Assembly: GCF_959020155.1 (NCBI RefSeq)
Contig: NZ_CAUERC010000003.1
Span: forward strand, 72,902 to 136,901
Length of the DNA stretch: 64,000 nucleotides
Origin: an uncultured Bifidobacterium sp.
GTDB taxonomy: Bacteria; Actinomycetota; Actinomycetes; Actinomycetales; Bifidobacteriaceae
Direction of reading: 5' to 3'
The notes under the pieces were generated by a model. That model searched no databases. It was not told the DNA's origin and saw only the letters and a list, made by a program, of their open reading frames with translations. Of this stretch, positions 1 to 10,377 are shown piece after piece. The translations under genes were made by a program, and so were the position numbers. Position 1 is the stretch's first letter; every line of letters begins with the position of its first letter.

Positions 1-9
1 AGAAAGGCT

Positions 10-1338
10 TTGGAAATGCTGGATTATTCACCCGCACTCATGACCGACATGTACGAATACACCATGCTTGACGCATGCCTGAAGGACGGCACCGCCAACC
101 GCAAGTGCGTATTCGAGATCTTCACCCGGCATCTGCCGCTGGGCCGCCACTATGGCGTGGCTGCCGGACAGGGACGCATCCTCGACGCGCTCGAGAAGTT
201 CCACCTCGACGACAACGACCTGAAATTCCTCGCCGACCGCAAGGTGGTAAGCCCGGAAACCATCAAATGGCTGGAGAACTTCCACTTCTCCGGCTCCATC
301 AAGGGCTACCGCGAAGGCGAGATGTTCTTCCCGAACTCGCCGATCCTGCAGGTCGAAGGCACGTTCGGCGAATGCACGCTGCTGGAAACGCTGCTGCTGA
401 GCATTCTGAATTACGATTCCGCCGTCGCCTCCGCCGCGTCCCGCATGGTCAGCGCGGCGAAGGACCGCCCGTGCATGGACATGGGAGGCCGCCGCACCAA
501 CGAATGGGCCGCCGTCGCAGCCGCCCGCGCCGCCGTGGTGGGCGGATTCAAGGGCACCGCCAATCTGCTGGCCGCGCAAATGTACGGCCTGAAGGCCATC
601 GGCACCGCCGCGCATTGCTTCACCCTGGTGCACGACGACGAGCGGAGCGCCTTCGAATCGCAGATCGCCGCGCTTGGCAAGAACACCACGCTGCTGGTCG
701 ACACGTACAACATCGAAGAGGCCGTGAAGACGGCCGTCGACGTGGCAGGCCCCGAACTGGGCGGCGTGCGCATCGATTCCGGCGATCTCGCCTCCCTCGC
801 GCAGCGCGTGCGCAACCAGCTGGACGCGCTTGGTGCCACCAATACGAAGATCACCGTCACCAACGATCTCGACGAGTACGCGCTGGCCTCTCTGCAGACC
901 GCTCCGGTCGATTCCTATGGTGTGGGTACCATGCTCGTCACCGGCTCGGGCGCCCCGACCTGCGCGATGGTCTACAAGCTCACCGAACGCGAGAACTCCG
1001 CCGGCGAAATGCAGCCGGTCGCCAAGAAGTCGAAGGACAAGGCCACCGTTCCGGGCCGCAAGCTCGCCTTCCGCTCCTACGAATACTCGCTGGCCGACTG
1101 CGAACACGTCATCTCCGGCTCCGAAGACAAGCTCGCCGCATACCAGCCGGAAGACGGCTGGAAGGACCTGCTCGTCGACTACGTCACCAATGGCGAGAAC
1201 CACAGCGAATACCAGGGCCACGACGCGATCGTCAACGCGCACAACTACCGCGCGCAGGCGCTCGCCGAACTGCCGATCGGCGCACAGAGCCTGATGAAGG
1301 GCGATCCGGTCATCCCGACCGAAGTCACCGTGCTGTGA
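10..1338 (+). CDS. pncB: Nicotinate phosphoribosyltransferase
   Basis: Motifs LMTDMYEYTM, DMGGRR, GTAAH, LVDTY, GVRIDSGD, GVGT and VYKL. AGAAAGG SD at 1-7; start is TTG at 10 or ATG at 16. Confidence 0.93.
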   Translation: MEMLDYSPALMTDMYEYTMLDACLKDGTANRKCVFEIFTRHLPLGRHYGVAAGQGRILDALEKFHLDDNDLKFLADRKVVSPETIKWLENFHFSGSIKGYREGEMFFPNSPILQVEGTFGECTLLETLLLSILNYDSAVASAASRMVSAAKDRPCMDMGGRRTNEWAAVAAARAAVVGGFKGTANLLAAQMYGLKAIGTAAHCFTLVHDDERSAFESQIAALGKNTTLLVDTYNIEEAVKTAVDVAGPELGGVRIDSGDLASLAQRVRNQLDALGATNTKITVTNDLDEYALASLQTAPVDSYGVGTMLVTGSGAPTCAMVYKLTERENSAGEMQPVAKKSKDKATVPGRKLAFRSYEYSLADCEHVISGSEDKLAAYQPEDGWKDLLVDYVTNGENHSEYQGHDAIVNAHNYRAQALAELPIGAQSLMKGDPVIPTEVTVL

Positions 1339-1384
1339 CGTCCGTCATGGCGTGAACCGCCCTGTACAGCGCAAAAGACATAAC

Positions 1385-1422
1385 AAAAACCGACGCCCGG
1401 TGAATCACCGGCGTCGGTTTTT
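1385..1422. terminator. Bidirectional intrinsic terminator
   Basis: AAAAACCGACGCC...GGCGTCGGTTTTT hairpin between convergent genes. Confidence 0.8.
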
Positions 1423-1536
1423 GCATAACATACGACGTTGCGCCGCACTCGGTCGCCGCACCCAGCCGCCATATTCAATCGCCACGTTCAGCCACCGCAA
1501 CCGGCGGCATGAATCGGCAACATGGTCGAACGGCAA

Positions 1537-1854
1537 TCAGAACGAGCTGTTCATCATCTCGTCATAGATGCGCTTGCAATCCGGGCACACCGGGTAATGC
1601 GTGGGGTCACGCTTCGGCACCCACACCTTGCCGCACAACGCCACAACCGGACGACCCGTCATCTTCGATTCGGCGATACGGTCACGCGACACATAATGCG
1701 CGAAACGGTCGGCATCGCCATTGCCACCGTCATCAAGCTTCGTTTCCTCTTCAGGACGTTCCAGAACGGCGGTACCGGTACCCGCATCCGGGTTGGACAG
1801 CGGCGAAACCGGATCGTCGGATCCGAACAAGCCATCGAAAATCGCAAATGCCAT
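1537..1854 (-). CDS. DUF3039 family protein (putative Zn-binding)
   Basis: HYV...GRPVVALCGKVWVP...PVCPDCKRIY signature of the actinobacterial DUF3039 family. Confidence 0.85.
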   Translation of the reverse strand: MAFAIFDGLFGSDDPVSPLSNPDAGTGTAVLERPEEETKLDDGGNGDADRFAHYVSRDRIAESKMTGRPVVALCGKVWVPKRDPTHYPVCPDCKRIYDEMMNSSF

Positions 1855-2009
1855 AATTAAGACTCCTCACACAAGCCGCGATCGCGGCCCCACTGCCTTC
1901 CATCATAGCCGAGCCGCATTGCGCCGCCACCCGTGCGCACGAACCGCGCCAACACGGGCATACGCCGATGTTGCGCACGTTCTCAACCAATCGCGGTACG
2001 CTTAAGGTT

Positions 2010-2504
2010 ATGACAATTGCAGTTTGCCCCGGGTCGTACGACCCAGTGACCGCCGGCCACCTGGACGTCATCGAGCGTTGCGCGCGCTTTTTCGACGAAG
2101 TGCATGTGGTGGTGGCCGTGAACGCGGCGAAGACGCCGATGTTCTCCGAAGAAACCCGTGTTGAGATCATCCGCCAGGCGCTCGCCAAGCGCGGTTGCAC
2201 CAATGTGAAGGTGGCGTCGACCACCGGCCTGATCACCGACTATTGCACGAAAATCGGTGCGACGGTCATCGTCAAAGGACTTCGGCAGAACGGCGATTAC
2301 GAGGCTGAGCTGGGCATGGCATTGGTCAACCGCAAACTCGCCGGAGTGGAAACGCTGTTTCTGCCTGCGGCCCCGGACCTGGAGCACATCTCCAGCTCCA
2401 TCGTCAAGGACGTGGCACGGCACGGAGGCGATGTGACGGGCATGGTGCCCGATTGCGTGATTCCGCTGCTCGGCGAGGCGCTCAAGAACGAAAAGAGAGC
2501 ATGA
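2010..2504 (+). CDS. coaD: Phosphopantetheine adenylyltransferase
   Basis: [22 protein letters not shown] and ISSSIVK motifs; ATG at 2010. Confidence 0.96.
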   Translation: MTIAVCPGSYDPVTAGHLDVIERCARFFDEVHVVVAVNAAKTPMFSEETRVEIIRQALAKRGCTNVKVASTTGLITDYCTKIGATVIVKGLRQNGDYEAELGMALVNRKLAGVETLFLPAAPDLEHISSSIVKDVARHGGDVTGMVPDCVIPLLGEALKNEKRA

Positions 2505-3331
2505 TGAGTGAAGAGACCAACGATTTCAAGCCGCTTGCTGACGCCGATGACGCCACGTCGCAGCAGCCGGTCACGGCGGCGGCCGATTATCCGGCTACCG
2601 GCGCTGTTGCCGGTACCGCAGCGACCAACAACTCCGCAACCGGCAATGCCGCCGATCGTGCTACGGATGAGCCGGCAAAGCCCGCGAAATCGTCGAAACC
2701 GTCGATTTCCATGTCGGACCTGCCCGACCTTCGCGCCACGTTCGACCCCAACGCACCACTCGACGACAGTTCGGATCGCAGCCGCGACGAATTCACCACC
2801 GTCTACGACATCATCGACAGCATCGAAGAGGAATTGGACGAGGCCAAGCCGATTCTGTTCGCGCCGAGCTCGGTGCGCGTGGACCGCGAATCGTTCACCG
2901 GCAAGCTCGACAAACTCAAGAAGATGCTGCCAGTGCAGCTGGAACGCGCCTCCGCGCTGATGCGCGAATCGGAACGCCGTCTGGAAAGCGCGCAAACGCA
3001 AGCCAACGCGATCATCGCATCCGCGCAGTCGCGTGCCGCCGACACCGTACGCGAAGCCAACGAGCAGGCGCAGTTCCTTGCCGGGCAGGAGAACGTGACG
3101 GAACTCGCCAGGCAGAAGGCGCGCGGCATTCTCGACCAGGCGCAAGCCAAGGCCGACAAGCTCACGCAGAACGCCGACAAATACTGCATCACCATGATGG
3201 AATCGTTGCAACAGCAGGTCGACAAGATCGGCACCGGCGTGCAGGCGGGCCTGAACGTGCTGTACGATCGTCAACGCGAAGCCGGCGCGCATCTGGACCA
3301 TCTCGACGCGGACGATTATCCGGAAAACTGA
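2501..3331 (+). CDS. Coiled-coil DivIVA-like (SepIVA/Rv2927c-like) protein
   Basis: Long Ala/Gln/Glu coiled coil at the conserved actinobacterial position between coaD and yceD; ATGA overlap with the coaD stop. Confidence 0.7.
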   Translation: MMSEETNDFKPLADADDATSQQPVTAAADYPATGAVAGTAATNNSATGNAADRATDEPAKPAKSSKPSISMSDLPDLRATFDPNAPLDDSSDRSRDEFTTVYDIIDSIEEELDEAKPILFAPSSVRVDRESFTGKLDKLKKMLPVQLERASALMRESERRLESAQTQANAIIASAQSRAADTVREANEQAQFLAGQENVTELARQKARGILDQAQAKADKLTQNADKYCITMMESLQQQVDKIGTGVQAGLNVLYDRQREAGAHLDHLDADDYPEN

Positions 3332-3386
3332 ACAAGACGCGTAACACGCGTGGAACGCATAGCAAGAAAGAGCGAAAGACTGAACT

Positions 3387-4001
3387 ATGGCACGTACTGA
3401 AGATTCCCCGTGGGCCGTTTCCGTGGCGCAGGTGGCCTCGCGTCCGGGGCAAAGCAAGGAGATCGACGCCACTTTCCCCGCGCCGAGCGGCATCGGCGAT
3501 GAAATCGTGGGCGTGGACGAAGGCGCGGATGTGAGCGTGGTCGGCTCGTTCGATTCGATCGTCGACGGTCTGATTCTGAACGCGCGTATCAGCGCTCCCG
3601 TGCATGCCGAATGCACGCGCTGCCTGAAGCCGATCCAGCGCGATTGGACGGTGAACGTCACCTCCTTCTTCCCGTATGAGGACAAGTCCGCCGCCGGCAA
3701 GGGCGGAAAGGCCGGCAAGAACGGCAAGGAAGAGGAAGTGGACATCATCGCCGGCGAGGACGAGGCGGAAGACACGTACCCGCTGCTCGACGGCGGCGCA
3801 TGGGCCGACCTCGAGGCGCTGCTGCGCGACACGCTGGTCGAGGAACTGCCGCTGCAGCCGTTGTGCAAGCCGGATTGCAAGGGCCTGTGCTCGCAGTGCG
3901 GCATCGACCTCAACGAGAACCCCGACCATCAGCATGACATGACCGACATTCGTTTCGCCGCGCTGGAAGGGCTGAAAGCCAAGCTGGAAGGCAAGGAATA
4001 A
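3387..4001 (+). CDS. yceD: YceD/DUF177 family protein
   Basis: CTRCL and PLCKPDCKGLCSQCG motifs; directly upstream of rpmF. Confidence 0.9.
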   Translation: MARTEDSPWAVSVAQVASRPGQSKEIDATFPAPSGIGDEIVGVDEGADVSVVGSFDSIVDGLILNARISAPVHAECTRCLKPIQRDWTVNVTSFFPYEDKSAAGKGGKAGKNGKEEEVDIIAGEDEAEDTYPLLDGGAWADLEALLRDTLVEELPLQPLCKPDCKGLCSQCGIDLNENPDHQHDMTDIRFAALEGLKAKLEGKE

Positions 4002-4096
4002 GCCGTTCGGATGGGATGGTCCATCGTTTGTACGGAGCTCACGTTAAGATACTGAACGCTTAAGCTCAATCGTTCGAACGAAATAGAGGAAACACA

Positions 4097-4291
4097 ATGG
4101 CACTGCCTAAGTACAAGACCTCGCGCGCGAATACCCATTCTCGCCGCGCAAACTGGAAGGCCAAGGCCGCCCAGACCGTTACCTGCCCGAACTGCGGCGC
4201 TCCGACGCTGCCGCACATGGCATGCCCGAGCTGCGGTTCCTTCCGCGGCCGCGTGTACCGCGAGGCTGTCCGCTCCATCCACACCAAGTGA
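4097..4291 (+). CDS. rpmF: 50S ribosomal protein L32
   Basis: [21 protein letters not shown]...CPSC zinc ribbon; GAGGA SD. Confidence 0.97.
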   Translation: MALPKYKTSRANTHSRRANWKAKAAQTVTCPNCGAPTLPHMACPSCGSFRGRVYREAVRSIHTK

Positions 4292-4320
4292 GTGGTTGCC
4301 GGATAACGGTATAAAGCATC

Positions 4321-4356
4321 GAAACCCTGCCATCGACGGGTGGCAGGGTTTCTTTT
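4321..4356 (+). terminator. Intrinsic terminator after rpmF
   Basis: GAAACCCTGCCA...TGGCAGGGTTTC followed by TTTT. Confidence 0.85.
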
Positions 4357-4535
4357 ATTATTATCAAGTGATACGGCGATTGCATTGCGATTTATTTCCG
4401 CGTGCGATCGGCGTACGACATACGTTGCTTGCGTAGCAAAACCGCCAGATCAGCTGGCGTCTTGCCATGTGCGCAACGGCCACAACCACAGACCGCGGCG
4501 GGCTCGGCCCGCCGCATGAACGGTAAGGAACATCC

Positions 4536-5432
4536 ATGGCCAAAGAGACCAATCAGGACAACGCACAGAACAACACCCAAACCGAAAACGGCAACAATAC
4601 CAACGCCGGCCGCATCGGCACGTCCATCACCCCCGAAGGCGAGATGACCGCCAATGTGTTGCTCGAGGCGCTCGGCACCACAATCGAGCCGGACCTGCTC
4701 GTCGAAGCGCTCACCCACCGCTCGTTCTCACACGAGCACGAAGGCGCCAAGAACTACGAACGACTCGAATTCCTCGGCGACGCGGTGCTCGAACTGGTCT
4801 CCACGGAAACGCTGTACAAGGTGCATCCCGACATGAACGAAGGCCAGCTGGCCAAAATGCGTGCGAAGGCGGTTTCCGAGGAATCCCTGAGCAAAATCGC
4901 CCGTGAAAAACTGCACGTCGGCCCGTACATTCTGCTCGGCCACGGCGAGGCGGAACAGGGCGGCGCGGACAAAAGCTCGATTCTGTGCGACATCGTCGAA
5001 TCGCTGATCGGCGCGACGTTCATCCAGCACGGCATCGACGAGGCGCGCCGCGTGGTGCATCATCTCGTCGACGATACGCTGGCGGAGGTCGCCACCGAAG
5101 GTCCGGCGCTCGATTGGAAGACGTCGCTGACCGTCAAGGCGCATGAGATGGGTCTGCCCGACCCGCACTACCAGACGTCGGTCGCCGGACCGGAATACGC
5201 ACTGGAGTTCACCGCGCGCGCGATTCTCGGCGATGGCGGCGAAGTCATCGGCGTCGGTACCGGCAGCAGCAAACGCAAGGCGCAGCTGGCGGCCGCGGAA
5301 ATGGGCTGGAAGGCGCTTGACAGTCGCAAGGGCGAAATGGGCGGCAAGCAGAACGGGAAGACGCATAAGTCGCACCACAGGTCACACCGCAAGTCCAACG
5401 GTGGCACGCAGGATGCAGCGCAGGGCAAGTAA
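4536..5432 (+). CDS. rnc: Ribonuclease III
   Basis: ALTHRS, NYERLEFLGDAVL signature and a C-terminal dsRBD (DWKTSL...SKRKAQLAAA). Confidence 0.97.
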   Translation: MAKETNQDNAQNNTQTENGNNTNAGRIGTSITPEGEMTANVLLEALGTTIEPDLLVEALTHRSFSHEHEGAKNYERLEFLGDAVLELVSTETLYKVHPDMNEGQLAKMRAKAVSEESLSKIAREKLHVGPYILLGHGEAEQGGADKSSILCDIVESLIGATFIQHGIDEARRVVHHLVDDTLAEVATEGPALDWKTSLTVKAHEMGLPDPHYQTSVAGPEYALEFTARAILGDGGEVIGVGTGSSKRKAQLAAAEMGWKALDSRKGEMGGKQNGKTHKSHHRSHRKSNGGTQDAAQGK

Positions 5433-5733
5433 CCGCGCAAACGGTAACGCAAGCGGCGGCACGGCCGGCGTCACGAAACAGCATTACAAGGCAGCGTCGC
5501 AATCGCAAAAAATATGGTCCATATCACCATGGCGCGTAACGCGCCAGAATATGGGCCTTTCCGGCGAACCAAGCTGTCAGCCGTTAGCATAGACTCATTA
5601 TCAGAGAGGAATGCGGCTGCAATCCGCCACAAGCGGTTGCATAGCATTCCGTTTAAGGGGTAAAACGGCGCATGAACGACGCGACCGCGGCCCCTTACGA
5701 GGAAATTTTCCACGAACGAGCATGAGAGGGAAC

Positions 5734-7596
5734 ATGGTGTTACCTACGCCTCTGCAGGCATTCAGCGGCATGCCAAAGGCATCCGCTACCACTGAAAAGC
5801 AGACCATTGTCGACGGCGAAAAGATGACCGGCGCCGAAGCGCTGGTTCGTTCGCTGGAGGATCTGGGCGTCAAGGACGTCTTCGGCGTTCCGGGCGGTGC
5901 GATTCTGCCCGTCTACGATTCCATCAAGGACGATACGAAGTTCCGCTTCGTGCTGATGCGTCACGAGCAGGCCGCCGGACATGCGGCAGAAGGCTACGCG
6001 CTGACCACCGGACAGGTGGGCGTGTGCATCGTCACTTCCGGTCCGGGCGCGACGAACATGATCACCCCGATCGCCGACGCGAACATGGATTCCATTCCTA
6101 TGGTCGTCATCACCGGCCAGGTCGGCGTGAACGCCATCGGCACGGACGCTTTCCAGGAAGCCGATATCGTCGGCGCCACCTATCCGGTGGTCAAGCATTC
6201 GTACCTCGTCACCCGCGCGCAGGACATTCCGCGCGTGCTGGCCGAGGCGCATTACATCGCACGTTCCGGTCGTCCGGGACCGGTGGTGGTGGACGTCACC
6301 AAGACCGCGCAGACCGGCGAAATGTATTATTCCTGGCCGCAGCGCATGATTCTGCCGGGCTACAACCCGACCACCAAAGCGCACGGTCGCGTGCTGTCCG
6401 ACGCGGCGAAGCTGTTCGAGCAGTCGTACCGTCCGGTGCTGTACGTCGGCGGCGGCGCGGTGCGTTCCGACGCGGGCGAGCTGGTCGAGGAGCTGGCTGA
6501 AGTGACCGGCGCTCCGATCGTCACCACCCTTCCGGCGCGCGGCATTGTGCCCGATTCCGATCCGAAGGTGCTTGGCATGCTCGGCATGCACGGCACAATC
6601 GCGGCAACGGGCGCTGTACAGCGTTGCGATTTGCTGGTTGCGATCGGCGCACGTTTCGACGATCGCGTCACCGGCAAGCTCGACGCGTTCGCTCCGGGCG
6701 CACGCGTGATCCATATCGACATCGATCCGGCGGAAATCGGCAAGAACCGTCAGCCGGACGTGCCGATCGTCGGCGATGTGGCCACTGTGCTCAAGGACCT
6801 CATCCCGGAGATCAAGCGCGAGCAGGCCGTGCACGGCAAGCCCGACACCAGCCACTGGTGGGACGTCATCAACAAGTGGGTCGAGGATTATCCGATTACA
6901 TGGGACGAACCGACCGACGGCAGCCTCGCCCCGCAGTGGGTCGTCAAGCAGCTGTCCGACATGGCCGATCCGGACACCATCTGGGTTTCCGGCGTGGGCC
7001 AGCATCAGATGTGGGCCACCCAGATCATCGAATTCAACAAGCCTCATTCCTGGCTGTCCTCCGGCGGCCTCGGCACGATGGGCTTCGGTCTGCCTGCCGC
7101 CATCGGTGCTCGCGTCGGCTCCGCACGCGAATTCGACGACAAGAAGCCGGTGTGGCTGATCGACGGCGACGGTTCCTTCCAGATGACTTCCGAAGAGCTG
7201 GCGGCCGCGTTCCTCGACCACGCGCCGGTGAAGATCGCCCTGCTCAACAACTCCGTGTACGGCATGGTCCGCCAGTGGCAGACCCTGTTCTACAATCACC
7301 ACTACTCCGCCACGAACCTGCTGGACGGCGAGAACACGTCTGACATCGTGGACGTGCCGGACTTCGTGAAGCTCGCCGAAGCGTACGGCTGCGTGGGTAT
7401 GCGCGCGTTCACCAAGGACGAGGCCATCGAATGCATCAAGAAGGCCAACGAGATCAACGACCGTCCGGTGCTGATCGACTTCCGCGTGTGGAAGGACGCC
7501 ATGGTGTGGCCGATGGTCGCAGCCGGCGACTCCAACGACAACGTCACGTACATGCCCGGCGTCAAGCCCTTGCAGCGCGCCGGCGAGAACGAGTGA
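5734..7596 (+). CDS. ilvB: Acetolactate synthase large subunit
   Basis: FGVPGGAILP, RHEQAAGHAA, TSGPGATN, TPP motif GDGSFQM...NN, GMVRQWQ. ATG at 5734 follows a GAGGG SD. Confidence 0.95.
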   Translation: MVLPTPLQAFSGMPKASATTEKQTIVDGEKMTGAEALVRSLEDLGVKDVFGVPGGAILPVYDSIKDDTKFRFVLMRHEQAAGHAAEGYALTTGQVGVCIVTSGPGATNMITPIADANMDSIPMVVITGQVGVNAIGTDAFQEADIVGATYPVVKHSYLVTRAQDIPRVLAEAHYIARSGRPGPVVVDVTKTAQTGEMYYSWPQRMILPGYNPTTKAHGRVLSDAAKLFEQSYRPVLYVGGGAVRSDAGELVEELAEVTGAPIVTTLPARGIVPDSDPKVLGMLGMHGTIAATGAVQRCDLLVAIGARFDDRVTGKLDAFAPGARVIHIDIDPAEIGKNRQPDVPIVGDVATVLKDLIPEIKREQAVHGKPDTSHWWDVINKWVEDYPITWDEPTDGSLAPQWVVKQLSDMADPDTIWVSGVGQHQMWATQIIEFNKPHSWLSSGGLGTMGFGLPAAIGARVGSAREFDDKKPVWLIDGDGSFQMTSEELAAAFLDHAPVKIALLNNSVYGMVRQWQTLFYNHHYSATNLLDGENTSDIVDVPDFVKLAEAYGCVGMRAFTKDEAIECIKKANEINDRPVLIDFRVWKDAMVWPMVAAGDSNDNVTYMPGVKPLQRAGENE

Positions 7597-7628
7597 ACGA
7601 GTAGAGCGTAAGGAAGGACATTTCGATC

Positions 7629-8183
7629 ATGGCAAATTATCCTGCATCCCAGCCGGGTTCCAAGCGTCATACGCTGTCCGTGCTCGTCGAGAACCGTCCG
7701 GGCGTGCTGGCGCGTATCGCCGGCCTGTTCGCCCGCCGCGCGTTCAACATCAACTCGCTGTCCGTCTCCCCCACCGAGCGTCCGGACATCTCCCGCGTCA
7801 CCGTCACCGCCGAAGTGGAGGAGGTGCCGCTTGAGCAGATCATCAAGCAGCTCAACAAGCTGCTGCACGTGCTGAAGATCGTGGACCTCGATCCGGAAAC
7901 CACCGTGGAGCGCGAGTTGGTGCTCATCAAGGTGGCGGCCGACGAGTCCGTCCGTTCCGACGTGCTGGAGATCGTGCGTCTGTTCCGCGTGCGCGTGGTG
8001 GACGTGAATCCGGAATCGCTGACCATCGAGGCCACCGGCGCCGAAGGCAAGATCGACGCGCTGCTCGGCCTGCTGGAGCATTACGGCATCATCGAGCTGG
8101 TCCGCTCCGGCGCGGTGGCCGTGACCCGCGGTCCGAAGGCGCTGAGCGAGAAGGTGCTCGGCTCCGAGATCACTGGCCGCTGA
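7629..8183 (+). CDS. ilvN: Acetolactate synthase small (regulatory) subunit
   Basis: ACT domain LSVLVENRPGVLARIAGLFARRAFNI; follows ilvB. Confidence 0.95.
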   Translation: MANYPASQPGSKRHTLSVLVENRPGVLARIAGLFARRAFNINSLSVSPTERPDISRVTVTAEVEEVPLEQIIKQLNKLLHVLKIVDLDPETTVERELVLIKVAADESVRSDVLEIVRLFRVRVVDVNPESLTIEATGAEGKIDALLGLLEHYGIIELVRSGAVAVTRGPKALSEKVLGSEITGR

Positions 8184-8209
8184 ACGGGCTGAGCGGCATT
8201 GCCTACGGC

Positions 8210-8252
8210 AAAGCGCCGTCCCACGATTCGTTTCGTGGGGCGGCGCTTTTTA
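8210..8252 (+). terminator. Intrinsic terminator after ilvN
   Basis: AAAGCGCCGTCCCACG...CGTGGGGCGGCGCTTTTT. Confidence 0.85.
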
Positions 8253-8259
8253 TTTCGAT

Positions 8260-9519
8260 TCACCGCAACGCCGTATGCTCCCATTGCGACGCCCCAGGGA
8301 TGCCACGAATGGAGCGGGAGCATGTCACCAGCACGGCGCTTGCCGCGAGAACGGCGAGGAACACCAGCACCGCGCCATGGAATCCAAAAACCGGGAGCAA
8401 GGTGCCAGCCACAGCACTACAGAACATCGAAAGCACCTGGGCCGGAACCGTCAATGTAACAGTAATACGCCCCTGCATGCTCGTAGGCGATTTGGCGAAG
8501 ATGAAGCCGAGGAGCATCGCGTTGATCAACGGGAACGGCAGGCCAACAAACGAATTGGCAACCAGCATGACCCAATAGTTGTCGGTCAACGCCATCGGCA
8601 ATACGCATAAGCAGATGAACAGGTAGGCGAGGCACACGGTTGGTCCGACCGGAACCTTATCGCTGAGTTTGCCGGCCAGCAACGATCCCACAAGCATCGT
8701 CAACGATATGCCGCCACTGATGAATCCGATGAGGGTCGCATTGGTCCCGCACGACACCAGATGCAGCTGGATGGCATATTGGATGCCGTTGACGCCGAAA
8801 TTGACCAATGCCGCCACGATGAGCACGACCACCAGCGTTTTCCGATGCAACGACCATGACCAGCCTTCCAGGAAATCGCGGAAGAAACCGCCTTTCACTG
8901 CATCGCCATCCGTTTCCCCGATACGCCCGCCATCCGAACCATATTCGCGGATGCCGGTGGCGGCGACGCCGGCCACGGCATACATGCATGCCGACGCAAG
9001 GAACGGCAGCCATGGAGCAATGCTGTACAGAAAACCTCCGATGGGGCTTCCCGCCATGGCGATGGTTGCGTCACGCCCCTCGTTGAGGCTCCGCGCCTTG
9101 GGATAATAGCGGATATCGATGATCGAGCGAAGCATCGCATCCGTAGCGCTCCCAAGAAATCCGTTGATGCCGGATGCGAGCACCGCGATCAGCAGCAACA
9201 CGGGGAACGACAATGCGCCGCACAGCAGCAGCACCGCGATTGCGCCCCAAGCCAGAACGCCGACGACGGCGTTCGCCACGATAAGCCGTTTGCGGTCATG
9301 CCTGTCGACGAAGGTACCTCCGAATACGCTCGCAACCTGTTGCGCGATCATCGACGACGTTCCGAGCCACCCGGCGGCGATGGTGGAGCCGGACACCGCA
9401 TATCCGAGCAGACTGATCGCCAGTGCGCGCAGCGCCGCTCCGACCGCCGACGCCGTATCGGCGGTGAACCAAGAAACGTATCCTGCGGATTGCCAGAATG
9501 ATTTCGCTGTTCCGTCCAT
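8260..9519 (-). CDS. MFS transporter (DHA3/macrolide-efflux-like)
   Basis: About 12 hydrophobic segments; motif A GTFVDRHDRKR; GKLSDK in the second half; MQGR. Confidence 0.85.
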   Translation of the reverse strand: MDGTAKSFWQSAGYVSWFTADTASAVGAALRALAISLLGYAVSGSTIAAGWLGTSSMIAQQVASVFGGTFVDRHDRKRLIVANAVVGVLAWGAIAVLLLCGALSFPVLLLIAVLASGINGFLGSATDAMLRSIIDIRYYPKARSLNEGRDATIAMAGSPIGGFLYSIAPWLPFLASACMYAVAGVAATGIREYGSDGGRIGETDGDAVKGGFFRDFLEGWSWSLHRKTLVVVLIVAALVNFGVNGIQYAIQLHLVSCGTNATLIGFISGGISLTMLVGSLLAGKLSDKVPVGPTVCLAYLFICLCVLPMALTDNYWVMLVANSFVGLPFPLINAMLLGFIFAKSPTSMQGRITVTLTVPAQVLSMFCSAVAGTLLPVFGFHGAVLVFLAVLAASAVLVTCSRSIRGIPGASQWEHTALR

Positions 9520-9599
9520 GTCTTGTTTCACTTGTTTTCCCTGTTCCGCCCACACTTTTCAGATTGCCTATGGGTTCATATGCAAAACCCGCCGACTCC

Positions 9600-10211
9600 T
9601 TACGAAAACCACCTGAAGGCCTGCAGAATCAGAGCCACGGGTTCGACGCCCAGCTCATCGTCGCCGTGCATGCCGGCCTTGATCTGCCAGCGGCGCACGA
9701 CCTCATTGAGTTCCTCGATCATCGAGCTCGTCTCCTCGGCGGTCAGGTTCAGAACATGATCATCGCTGGTGCATGAATCAGCCCATTCCCGAGGCAATTC
9801 CGGCAGCCTGTCCAGAAAACGCTCGTAGGCCATCTCGTAGGAGAGCGCCGCGGAACGCCGGAACAGATCCATGGCCTTCGACTCGTCCGTACCGTTCTTT
9901 TCTTCGGGCCTCCCCAGACGAATGGCGCTTTGACAGGCCTTCCACCAGCTCTTTCTTCGATCTCCGTCAGGAGACTCCACCTTTTTCACTAGTCCCGCAT
10001 GCGCAAGCTGCCCCAAGTGGTAGCTGATGGCTCCGGGAGCCTCGCCAAGCTGCTCGCTGATGCTTCCCACGGTCTGTTCGCCGTTCACCCGCAACGTTCC
10101 AAGGATCCTCATGCGAATAGGACTCGCCATGGCCCGAAGAGTATCGGCATTGGTCACGGTCACTGCGGCGTCTTCGGGCATCCGCGCTTCGTTAGGGGTC
10201 ACGTCAGTCAT
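9600..10211 (-). CDS. ArsR/HTH_20 family transcriptional regulator
   Basis: LRAMASPIRMRILGTL...ISYHLGQLAHAGLV...DRRKSWW winged HTH; ATG at 10211 after a GAAAGGAG SD. Confidence 0.85.
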   Translation of the reverse strand: MTDVTPNEARMPEDAAVTVTNADTLRAMASPIRMRILGTLRVNGEQTVGSISEQLGEAPGAISYHLGQLAHAGLVKKVESPDGDRRKSWWKACQSAIRLGRPEEKNGTDESKAMDLFRRSAALSYEMAYERFLDRLPELPREWADSCTSDDHVLNLTAEETSSMIEELNEVVRRWQIKAGMHGDDELGVEPVALILQAFRWFS

Positions 10212-10239
10212 TGCAAAGGTCTCCTTTCCACCGCCTCCC

Positions 10240-10273
10240 ATTATATACAAATTTTTTGTACAAAATATTTGCT
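10240..10273 (-). promoter_or_regulatory. arsR -10 box (TATAAT) with two adjacent palindromic operator candidates
   Basis: ATTATA at 10240-10245 reads TATAAT on the minus strand. TACAAA-TTT-TTTGTA at 10246-10260 and TACAAA-ATA-TTTGCT at 10259-10273. Confidence 0.55.
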
Positions 10274-10377
10274 TTTGAATGGGTTCGCAACATGTGTCTC
10301 ACCGGTAACGCCGCGATCTATTGCAGCTGCGAAAAATGTCTATTCTGGAACGAGAAACAAACCACGGGGGAATTTAT

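Noticed and set aside
5433..5733. Attenuator leader peptide upstream of ilvB
   Set aside because: No short Ile/Leu/Val-rich ORF or U-tailed terminator was found; only a modest hairpin near 5618-5641.
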